A DNA stretch of 64,000 bases, taken from IMG/VR virus record IMGVR_UViG_3300030390_002408, one strand, 5' to 3'. Made by a program: the position numbers and the translations under genes. Position 1 is the stretch's first letter; each line of letters starts with the position of its first letter. Below are positions 56,443 to 64,000 of the stretch, piece by piece. Origin of the DNA: a virus. The notes beneath the pieces were generated by a model that worked only from the letters and a program-made list of their open reading frames with translations, searched no databases and had not been told where the DNA came from.

Positions 56443-56690
56443 TCTCTATCCATTAATTTCATAGGGGATTCATAATCTCCTCTACTATTTCGAGGTTTAC
56501 TTTCATTTTTTATGATATTGTAAGATAATCCTTTTATTTTAATACTCCCACCTTGTTGGAGCATTTTCTTAAATCTTAATAATTCTTTTTCTGTAAAGTC
56601 TTTTGATATTTCAATAATTTCTTCTTTTTCCATTTTAACACCCCCCAGATAGATGGTATGTTCTTTTCGTATTGATTGTTTTTTTAACAT
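56439..56690 (-). CDS. Small basic protein between the polymerase halves
   Basis: 1-nt gap upstream and ATGA overlap downstream. Confidence 0.7.
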   Translation of the reverse strand: MLKKQSIRKEHTIYLGGVKMEKEEIIEISKDFTEKELLRFKKMLQQGGSIKIKGLSYNIIKNESKPRNSRGDYESPMKLMDRE

Positions 56691-56691
56691 A

Positions 56692-58377
56692 TTATAGTTG
56701 TTTTTCTCCTCTAATAACAGAGTTAATATGACGGTTTGCTGTTAATGCTGATTCTTGTATAATTCGTTGCCCTGATAAAGTAATAGCTTCTGATAAAATT
56801 ACATTCCCGTATCTGAATGATCCTAAAGCTGTGGCCCCATATAGGGAATTTAATAAAATCTTCATAGTATATTGTTTCATATGAAATTGAGCTCCTAACC
56901 CTTCATCTCCACTTTTATAAGCTTTTTTCATTAGGGTTTTATACTCAACCCGTTCTTTAAACCACTTTTTTAGAATGGTGGATAATACAGACTCCCTATT
57001 AGTCTTAAACATAACCCCGTTTGCTGATATTGATAGGTTACTTTGTTTGATTATTGATATTATTTTTTTAACTTTTACTTTAGTCCTATCCCGTTTAACA
57101 TTTTCAACTATAAGTTCTTCATTTTGGTCTTGCTTTAATAAATCATTTAAACCTAACCTATTATTTCTATCATCTACATCTATAATTCTCCCAACCATGG
57201 TTTCTTTACCAATGTTGATAGTCATTATAATTGAAGGATATAGTGAAGTTAAATCTTCATCAAACATATAGTTATATATTCCGGCTTTGGGGCAAAAAAG
57301 ATAACCACCAGCATAGTTTTTCTTGGAAAACGGGTTTCTCTCTTTAGCAGGGGGGATAATACCTTCACTTAACAAATAAGCTGAAATAGCTCCATCTTGT
57401 GTTTTAGTATTAGCATAAACTTCACTATAATTATGTTTTCCTTTATGGGATAGATTTTTAACTAAAGATAAATACTCTAATTTTTTATCTAACTCAACTA
57501 AAATCTCAACATCCCGGAAGTTATAATCAATGAATTTATTAATGTCTGTTTCGAATAACCTATCTAAATTCCCTTCATACTCAATCTTCCCCAGATTAAC
57601 ATACTTTTCACCAATTGAATCTAGCCTCATTGAAGGTTCATCTCTCTGACTAAATTTCTTATGTAATCTCATGTAATCTAAGGATTCAACTCCTGGGATT
57701 TGTATGAATTGATCTTTAAACCATGGGGTCTCTCTAACATAATTAATAGGGGATAGGTAATTAGCTATATCTTCTCCTAAAACATTACATATTCGATAAT
57801 ATAAGTAAGGTACATCAAAATAATCACTATTCCATCCTATTATAATATCAGGATCTATTTCCCTAAATCTTTCTAGAAATTTACCTAATAATTCCCCTTC
57901 AGTACGACATGGAATAATTTCTTTATTCCCCTGCTTAGTAGGTTTTATTTGATTCTTAGGATCTAAGATTATACAAGCCCACTCATCTACCTGTTTATCG
58001 TACCATGCAATTGATGTAACCTTTTTAGGGGCAGACTTTATATACTCTTCAGTAAGCGCCTCCCCCATTTCAATCTCAATATCAAAGAATAATTCCCTGT
58101 GTGTTATTGAGGGTTCATCATTGATTCCATACTTTTCAACTAGGAACTTTTGATAAGGGGGCATGTCATGAAAGTGAAGTTTTGAATTTTCCTTATTCCA
58201 GTTAGAAACCTTTTTAAGTGATTCTCCATTTAACCCTGTATGGGTAGCTTCACCTTCATTACATTCAACGTATGCCTTGTTGATCCATTCTACTCTTTCA
58301 TAACCTTGATCAGTCCACTCATGAATTAAATATTTATTTCCTTGTAATCTCCGAGCAAATGCCTTTTTAAAACCCAT
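56692..58377 (-). CDS. Family B DNA polymerase, N-terminal subunit (3'-5' exonuclease, motifs A and B)
   Basis: FDIE, GWNSDYFD, YNFRDV, DLTSLYPSII, KILLNSLYG. Confidence 0.95.
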   Translation of the reverse strand: MGFKKAFARRLQGNKYLIHEWTDQGYERVEWINKAYVECNEGEATHTGLNGESLKKVSNWNKENSKLHFHDMPPYQKFLVEKYGINDEPSITHRELFFDIEIEMGEALTEEYIKSAPKKVTSIAWYDKQVDEWACIILDPKNQIKPTKQGNKEIIPCRTEGELLGKFLERFREIDPDIIIGWNSDYFDVPYLYYRICNVLGEDIANYLSPINYVRETPWFKDQFIQIPGVESLDYMRLHKKFSQRDEPSMRLDSIGEKYVNLGKIEYEGNLDRLFETDINKFIDYNFRDVEILVELDKKLEYLSLVKNLSHKGKHNYSEVYANTKTQDGAISAYLLSEGIIPPAKERNPFSKKNYAGGYLFCPKAGIYNYMFDEDLTSLYPSIIMTINIGKETMVGRIIDVDDRNNRLGLNDLLKQDQNEELIVENVKRDRTKVKVKKIISIIKQSNLSISANGVMFKTNRESVLSTILKKWFKERVEYKTLMKKAYKSGDEGLGAQFHMKQYTMKILLNSLYGATALGSFRYGNVILSEAITLSGQRIIQESALTANRHINSVIRGEKQL

Positions 58378-58380
58378 AAA

Positions 58381-58884
58381 TTATTGTTTACAACTTTCTA
58401 TTTCTTCTTTAGTGAAAAATTGTTTCAAATCAGGTCTAAAATAATTAATGTTTTTCATTACTTTATTATCTCTTGTTCTATACACAACAAAACCCTTATC
58501 AGTTTCTTCATAATGACATGCTTCACCTTGTTGTTCAGAACGTAATTTAACAGTTTCTTTAGCTTCTTCTTCAGTAGAACAAATTTTAGACATATTAGAA
58601 GCTTGTACTTCATTGTAGCCTTTAATTAATTTATCCTTTAAACCAAAAACTAAGGCACCATTCCCTAAACCTACATAAGTAATATCAAGAATAGCATCAA
58701 ATATTTCAACAATATCTTTATTTTCAACTGCTTCTTTTAATTCATCTAATTCTTCCTGGATGAAATCAATTACAAATTGGGCATCTTTAGGATTAATAGT
58801 AGGGGTTGTTCGGTTTTGGTAGCCTTTCCCCATTATTTCATTAAACTCTTCTACTTCATCTACAAATGGTACTTTACTTTTCAT
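58381..58884 (-). CDS. MazG-like/PRA-PH-type nucleoside triphosphate pyrophosphohydrolase
   Basis: IQEELDEL, EIFDAILDITYV, EVQASNMSK. Confidence 0.85.
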   Translation of the reverse strand: MKSKVPFVDEVEEFNEIMGKGYQNRTTPTINPKDAQFVIDFIQEELDELKEAVENKDIVEIFDAILDITYVGLGNGALVFGLKDKLIKGYNEVQASNMSKICSTEEEAKETVKLRSEQQGEACHYEETDKGFVVYRTRDNKVMKNINYFRPDLKQFFTKEEIESCKQ

Positions 58885-58907
58885 AACTATTTACTTTTAT
58901 TTTTGAT

Positions 58908-59579
58908 TTATTTACTTATTAATGATAAAAATTCTCTCCTTAATGTGTTACTATCATCTCTGAATTTACCTCCCATTTTAGATGTAATTGTTGATGATGT
59001 AGTATCTCTAATTCCTCTACTTTTAACACAATAGTGAACACCTTCAACTACTACTGCAATGTCATCTGTTTCTAAAATACATTGAAGAGCAAAGTATATT
59101 TGTTCTGTTAATCTTTCTTGAATTTGGGGTCTTTTTGCAAAGAAATCTACAATTCTATTTAACTTACTTAACCCTAATACTTTCTCACCTGGGATGTATC
59201 CTATATGACAAAATCCATCAATAACTACAAAATGATGTTCACAATTACTAATACAAGTAATATCTTTTTCAATGACTAATTCATCGTATTTCATTTTGTT
59301 ATCTACTGTGGTACATTTTGGGAAATTATTATAATCTAAACCATAAAAAATTTCATTCATGTACATTTTAGCTACTCTATTTGGAGTATCCATTAAAGAA
59401 TCATCTTCTAGATCTAAGCCCAAAACTTCCATTATTTTAGTAAAGTGAGATTTTATACTTTCTATTTTCTCTTGGTGAGAACCCTCAAATTGGGGTTTCA
59501 TGGGTATTTCAACTCCTTTACTAATTAAATGGTTTTGAACTTTTAAACCTAATTCTGCATTTACTTTATCTTTCTGCAT
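58908..59579 (-). CDS. folE: GTP cyclohydrolase I
   Basis: TPNRVAKMY, CEHHF, GLSKLNR, QIQERL, HYCVKSRG. Confidence 0.96.
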   Translation of the reverse strand: MQKDKVNAELGLKVQNHLISKGVEIPMKPQFEGSHQEKIESIKSHFTKIMEVLGLDLEDDSLMDTPNRVAKMYMNEIFYGLDYNNFPKCTTVDNKMKYDELVIEKDITCISNCEHHFVVIDGFCHIGYIPGEKVLGLSKLNRIVDFFAKRPQIQERLTEQIYFALQCILETDDIAVVVEGVHYCVKSRGIRDTTSSTITSKMGGKFRDDSNTLRREFLSLISK

Positions 59580-59631
59580 TTCATGTTTTATTTAATATGA
59601 ATATAATATAATTTTTTCGCTAAACCTAAGA

Positions 59632-60063
59632 TTACTTGACATAATCCGGAATCATTTTAGAATCCTCTCTTTCCCAAGGGTATACAATCCATTCATCCTT
59701 TATTACCGACTCGCAATAAATATGAGGGGTAATTGAAGATACTTCAGGCTTGTAATGTAAGGTAGCAGTTGTATAATAAGGTTGATAGTATTGGAGGGTT
59801 TTACCAGAATCGCAGATATCATCTATTACGAGTATAGAATCCTTCTTTTTCTTCCACCAAGTTATAGGATCTAAAGTTTCAACTTCAATAAAGGGTATAC
59901 CCAATTTATGAGAAACCATAACAGCTGGGATTAATCCACCTCTTGGTAGTCCTGTAACAGATTCAATTATGTGGGGGTATTTTGTTGATTGTATTTTTTG
60001 ACATAGATTTTCTACTAATCCTTCTATATCCCTCCATGATAGGAATAATTTTTCTTTTTCCAT
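59632..60063 (-). CDS. Type I purine phosphoribosyltransferase (XGPRT-like)
   Basis: PRGGL, LVIDDICDSGKT, WIVYPWE. Confidence 0.9.
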   Translation of the reverse strand: MEKEKLFLSWRDIEGLVENLCQKIQSTKYPHIIESVTGLPRGGLIPAVMVSHKLGIPFIEVETLDPITWWKKKKDSILVIDDICDSGKTLQYYQPYYTTATLHYKPEVSSITPHIYCESVIKDEWIVYPWEREDSKMIPDYVK

Positions 60064-60081
60064 TATTTTTGGTTATTTATA

Positions 60082-60858
60082 TTAGACTCCTCTTTCAGTA
60101 TCAAAAGCAATTATATGATCTCTTCCAGTCATGTTATATCCTATTTCAGCACATAAGTTAAAGACTAGAGGGTACATTTTTAATAGTGTTTCTCTAGTAT
60201 CACCTGCGGGCATTATGTAGGTTTTGTTTTTAGGGATATTCATATCTGCTCTAAATTTTTCAATTTCCTCTAGATTTCCATCAGTTCCATCCCATACTGG
60301 TTTGTAATGGTAATCTTTATGATAATCTAAGGTTTTTGCGATTTCAGGGAGATTTAGTCTGAATTTGTTGTGTTGGTTTATCATTTTCTTATCTGCTACC
60401 TTCCCATTAGGAGTAATAGCTCCTATAACAGGGACACTATTAGAAAATTTAGGACTAAGAGAAATAAGACCAATTGGAAAATCAGTTTCTAAAAAACGAG
60501 AGCCTTCAGTTTCTATAGTAATTAATATTCCTCTCTCATTTGCAAAGTGGGTTAACTCATTAACCAAAGTGGGATGCATTGTTGGAGATCCCCCAGTAAG
60601 CATCATTTCTTCTATGTGAGGATTTTCATCATAGATTTTTATAATATCGTTAAATGTAAATGTTCCTCTTTCAGGGTGGATAGAAGTATACCAACTATCA
60701 CACCATCCACCTTCTCCAAAATAACATCTATGAGTGCAACCCGTAGTTCTTACAGCTATAGTAGGTCTTCCAAATCTACTCCCTTCAGATTGTACGCACC
60801 TATAAACTTCCAAAACCGGGAGAATTTTATTATAATCTTCTAATCGTTTTAAACCCAT
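60082..60858 (-). CDS. queE: 7-carboxy-7-deazaguanine synthase (radical SAM)
   Basis: VQSEG, RTTGC...WCDS, LTGG, IETEG, LSPK; cluster context. Confidence 0.88.
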   Translation of the reverse strand: MGLKRLEDYNKILPVLEVYRCVQSEGSRFGRPTIAVRTTGCTHRCYFGEGGWCDSWYTSIHPERGTFTFNDIIKIYDENPHIEEMMLTGGSPTMHPTLVNELTHFANERGILITIETEGSRFLETDFPIGLISLSPKFSNSVPVIGAITPNGKVADKKMINQHNKFRLNLPEIAKTLDYHKDYHYKPVWDGTDGNLEEIEKFRADMNIPKNKTYIMPAGDTRETLLKMYPLVFNLCAEIGYNMTGRDHIIAFDTERGV

Positions 60859-60867
60859 ATTAATATT

Positions 60868-61332
60868 TTATTCACTATAAATAGCACTATTTTTACTATG
60901 TTCTTGGAATTCTACTTTAATAATCCTTACTCTATTATCTGTTTCTTCTAGAATAAAAGGATTAATCTTGTCGTATATGAATTTAGCAAATGACTCTGCA
61001 CCAGTGGACGGGATTACTCTAGTCTGCGTTAATTTATGAGTATCCATGGCTTTAAAACCATCTAAATATGGATCATCTTCAGCAACTATTAAAGTATGGT
61101 CAAACATATAATCCATCCACTCTTTAGGTGATTTACCATCTATTTTTCCATTAGCTCTTTTCATTCCTCCGAAATCCCAAACCCAATTCCTTTCATCTAA
61201 TTCACCTTCAAACCATATTCTAAAACTTACACCATAACCATGGAGATATTTACAATGTGTTGTTTCTGCTTTCCATTGACGAAAAACACAACTGAACCCA
61301 TCAAATAATTTTGTTGATTGAAATTTAGCCAT
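60868..61332 (-). CDS. queD: 6-carboxytetrahydropterin synthase
   Basis: HCKYLHGY, WDFG, FDH, AE, EHSKN. Confidence 0.88.
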   Translation of the reverse strand: MAKFQSTKLFDGFSCVFRQWKAETTHCKYLHGYGVSFRIWFEGELDERNWVWDFGGMKRANGKIDGKSPKEWMDYMFDHTLIVAEDDPYLDGFKAMDTHKLTQTRVIPSTGAESFAKFIYDKINPFILEETDNRVRIIKVEFQEHSKNSAIYSE

Positions 61333-61582
61333 TATACCATTCTTTTAATTGTTGTAAAGTTTTTCCTCCTCCTGATGTTCTTTTAATCTCATTACCCTGT
61401 AAATCGGTTAGGATTAAAGAAGGAATATTTCTAATGTTATATTGCTGGACTATTGAGGGTTCATAATCACAATTAACTTTTTTAACATTAATTCCTTCTG
61501 AAATTAGATCATCTATTTTAGGACCTAATTGCTTGCATCCAGCACACCAAGGTGCTGTAAAATATATAATTCCTTTATTCAT
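61325..61582 (-). CDS. Thioredoxin
   Basis: WCAGC active site and cis-Pro motif (IPS). Confidence 0.88.
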   Translation of the reverse strand: MNKGIIYFTAPWCAGCKQLGPKIDDLISEGINVKKVNCDYEPSIVQQYNIRNIPSLILTDLQGNEIKRTSGGGKTLQQLKEWYNG

Positions 61583-61598
61583 AATTAATTTTTTAAAT

Positions 61599-61817
61599 TT
61601 AGACTAATTCTTCTATTATTCCTACTATTTCACTAACGATAAGTATCCCACAAGCCAAAGCCAAGTTAAAAGGTAAAAAACCATAACCTATTATTCTTAT
61701 TCCTGATTTTATAAAACTTGTTATTTGGTGTAATTTAGCGTCGGGGTGTTTTTCTGTTTCTACCATGTTAAAATTAAAATTTAAATCCTTAAAGGCTTCG
61801 TTAAGTCCATCACTCAT
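61599..61817 (-). CDS. Small membrane protein
   Basis: Hydrophobic C-terminal half. Confidence 0.6.
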   Translation of the reverse strand: MSDGLNEAFKDLNFNFNMVETEKHPDAKLHQITSFIKSGIRIIGYGFLPFNLALACGILIVSEIVGIIEELV

Positions 61818-61839
61818 GTTTAGTTTATTTTTTTAATTA

Positions 61840-62712
61840 TTAATCTCTACCTAACTCGGCTATTTGGTTTATTTCATCATGTTGGGTTAAAACTTTTACT
61901 ACGTGAGATTTTGCCACTTCATAATCTACAACCCCTGTTTCATCTTCGTATTGTACTGGGTCTTTTCTTCCTAATTTGATAAATGCTTCAATTCTTTCTA
62001 CTGATGAAGCTGATTTGTAATCAGAATTTCCACTTGGATAAGGCTTGTAAGAAGTATTTGTACGAGAGTAAACATCATCAAAATCAACATTTAACCCATC
62101 ACATAATTTTTCCCCATCTAAAAGAATATCATATTTATCCCCATTTAAATAAGGTGTATAATAACCTACTCTTTCGGCTTCCCAATTTCCTAGTCTAAAA
62201 GCATTATCATCAGCATCTCTAAATTCTTGCCTACAATCTGGATAAACTGCATGATCACCTGCATGAATCCCTAAAGCAATTGATGTTTTTTCTTTTGTTA
62301 CATTAGCAACTGATAAAGCTATTGCTTGAGTGATTGAAGCAAATATCTTATTTCTATTAGGTACAACTGTTGCTTTCATATTATCTTCAGCATAATGTCC
62401 TTCAGGTACTTCTTCACCTCCCGTTACTAAATTTGAATCTAATAAATCAACTAATCCATCTAATTTAATTACTCTGTATTTTAATTTACTTGCTATACCT
62501 AAATCACTTTGAGATAAATGATCAATTAAAGATTTTGCTTTTTCTAATTCAACTCTATGTTTTTGACCATAATCAAAAGAAATAGCAGTTACTGTTTTAA
62601 AGTTTTTAATACATTTTAATAATAATGTACTTGAATCCATTCCACCTGATAGTGATACTACAGCATGTTTAGGTTTTTGGAAATCTGGATGGTCAAATTC
62701 TAATTGTGTCAT
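61840..62712 (-). CDS. queC: 7-cyano-7-deazaguanine synthase (zinc-site cysteines absent)
   Basis: SGGMDS PP-loop, FDYGQKH, VPNRN, YPDCR. Confidence 0.9.
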   Translation of the reverse strand: MTQLEFDHPDFQKPKHAVVSLSGGMDSSTLLLKCIKNFKTVTAISFDYGQKHRVELEKAKSLIDHLSQSDLGIASKLKYRVIKLDGLVDLLDSNLVTGGEEVPEGHYAEDNMKATVVPNRNKIFASITQAIALSVANVTKEKTSIALGIHAGDHAVYPDCRQEFRDADDNAFRLGNWEAERVGYYTPYLNGDKYDILLDGEKLCDGLNVDFDDVYSRTNTSYKPYPSGNSDYKSASSVERIEAFIKLGRKDPVQYEDETGVVDYEVAKSHVVKVLTQHDEINQIAELGRD

Positions 62713-62723
62713 AATTTTAATTT

Positions 62724-63518
62724 TTATTTAATGAATGATTTAAATTTATTTATGTTGTATAAGGCTATATCCCAATTTTTAGCATTTCCTTCAAATTTAT
62801 CTACTTTAGTTGATATCTTTTCTTTTAGTCCTCCATCTTCATATTTTATTCCTGCCAAGCCATGTATAACAGGATTTGAAGTGTCTATTGACTCTATAAA
62901 AGGAAATAATTCTTTAGAGTACCAACTAAACTCTTGGGGGACATTACATCCTAGTAAGTGGACTTTATCAGTTGCATTAATAACTCCTTTATTATATAAA
63001 AATCTTATAGTATTATATCTCCCATGAGCTTTAGTTAAGAAAACATTATTTTTATCTGGGGATGATACTAATCCTTCTTGATAATACCAATCAGCTCCAT
63101 AACTAAATGCAATTTTCTTATATCCTTGCATTTTTAAAATAATATAACACTCCCAAGCTTCAATCTTATCATTAGCTTGAACTACTGCTACTGGGGTTGT
63201 ATTTTCAGGATATGATTTTCTTATCCAAGATTTAGCTGAAACTAGTGTTTTTGTTTTTTCTTGCCAATAGTCAGGAACTATAAATTCATTAGGTTTAAAA
63301 TAATCTAACCAATAACTTAAACGATCTAAATCATAGGGTTGTCCTAATTCATGTAAAGAATTATCCATAACAATATAACGTCCTAGTTTTTTAGACTCTT
63401 CAAAGTATTGTTTATAGTCCTCACTTTCATCTAAAAGATGAGGAAGGAGATAACAGTAATCTGTTAACTCTCTTACTTCTCCCATATAAGGAATGGGGGC
63501 TTCATGTGCTACTATCAT
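62724..63518 (-). CDS. TGT/DpdA-like TIM-barrel transglycosylase
   Basis: MDNS, VPD, AVVQ, VHLLG, SIDTS motifs; adjacent to queC. Confidence 0.6.
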   Translation of the reverse strand: MIVAHEAPIPYMGEVRELTDYCYLLPHLLDESEDYKQYFEESKKLGRYIVMDNSLHELGQPYDLDRLSYWLDYFKPNEFIVPDYWQEKTKTLVSAKSWIRKSYPENTTPVAVVQANDKIEAWECYIILKMQGYKKIAFSYGADWYYQEGLVSSPDKNNVFLTKAHGRYNTIRFLYNKGVINATDKVHLLGCNVPQEFSWYSKELFPFIESIDTSNPVIHGLAGIKYEDGGLKEKISTKVDKFEGNAKNWDIALYNINKFKSFIK

Positions 63519-63542
63519 TAACTTATTTTTTTTATATTACGA

Positions 63543-63575
63543 TAAATATAATGCCTTTTAATAGTATATCCAAGT
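63543..63575 (-). promoter_or_regulatory. Promoter of the deazaguanine operon
   Basis: CTTGG-N17-ATTATATTTA. Confidence 0.55.
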
Positions 63576-63645
63576 TTGAAATTTAAATTTTATTAGTTTT
63601 TGGTGGTCTATCTACTTCGATAGAAGCCATGGTAGTGATACTGGT

Positions 63646-63888
63646 GTTGTATGCAATTAAAAAAGACATACAACACGTTATATAGTTAATGCTCGGTTCA
63701 GTTCTGCTATAAAAGTTCTGTAACAACTCGCTTTTGTTTCTAATCTCGCTTCTTTCTCAATATTTAAAGGGCAGTCTTTTAATTCCGTTAATACTGTTTT
63801 TAATCTACGCTCGTAATCTTCCTTTAATTCTTTCATAATATTTTGTTTTTAAATTTTTTCGCACTAACCATATAACCATACGTTAGCA
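63646..63888. repeat. attC-like imperfect inverted-repeat element
   Basis: ATACAAC-ac-GTTATATAGTTAATGC ... GCACTAACCATATAAC-catac-GTTAGCA (arms 14/16), plus a GTTGTATG/CATACAAC pair. Confidence 0.55.
63678..63836 (-). CDS. 52 aa protein inside the inverted repeat
   Basis: MKELKEDYERRLK...ELNRALTI, translated by hand. Confidence 0.55.
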   Translation of the reverse strand: MKELKEDYERRLKTVLTELKDCPLNIEKEARLETKASCYRTFIAELNRALTI

Positions 63889-63999
63889 AACATAAACCCA
63901 ACCATCCTCATCAACAGTTACTCTACATTTGCAGTTTATCCCACGAACACCTTCATCTAATTTAATTTTATGTGATTTATTTCCGTTGTGGAATATAAT
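63883..63999 (-). CDS. 3' end of an ORF running off the window
   Basis: ...GVRGINCKCRVTVDEDGWVYVC; its stop lies within TGCTAAC. Confidence 0.5.
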   Translation of the reverse strand: MIFHNGNKSHKIKLDEGVRGINCKCRVTVDEDGWVYVC

Positions 64000-64000
64000 T

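Noticed and set aside
56439-56692. Intron or intein interrupting the polymerase
   Set aside because: There is no non-coding space, no recognisable group I/II core, and no intein or homing-endonuclease motif.
497-63027. Numerous plus-strand ORFs antisense to long genes (e.g. 497..766, 8473..8709, 21348..21824, 53038..53358)
   Set aside because: These are shadow frames of well-supported minus-strand genes.
1-64000. Stop-codon reassignment
   Set aside because: Conserved genes are full length in the standard code, and TAG/TGA occur at plausible gene ends.

Overview
AT-rich, densely coding segment of a large lytic dsDNA phage (T4-like replication module, probably jumbo-sized). The host is most likely Bacteroidota: promoters match the Bacteroidota -33/-7 spacing, genes use A-rich non-Shine-Dalgarno starts, and one gene resembles a type IX secretion cargo. 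Nearly all genes are on the minus strand. Layout: mosaic tail-fibre-like genes (1-8.1 kb); an accessory region of small ORFs punctuated by a repeated early-promoter/leader cassette (8-36 kb, including a RadA-like ATPase, thyA, uvsE and a metallophosphoesterase); a glycosyltransferase/methyltransferase/sugar-aminotransferase cluster (37.5-48 kb); Cas4-like nuclease, clamp loader, GroEL/GroES, Hsp20, sliding clamp and a split family-B DNA polymerase (48-58.4 kb); and a 7-deazaguanine cluster (MazG-like, folE, PRTase, queE, queD, queC, TGT/DpdA-like; 58.4-63.5 kb). The most notable unexplained structures are: (i) an array of five closed, structured non-coding units at 19.1-19.7 kb, including two D-stem-less tRNA-like elements, behind tandem promoters and boxA-like sites; (ii) two arrays of mini-genes joined by a conserved stop/start junction; (iii) an attC-like inverted-repeat element enclosing a small ORF at the right edge; (iv) a deazaguanine pathway with a QueC lacking its zinc cysteines, next to a PRTase, a pyrophosphohydrolase and the split polymerase. 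All functional calls come from motif recognition by eye; no searches or folding programs were run.
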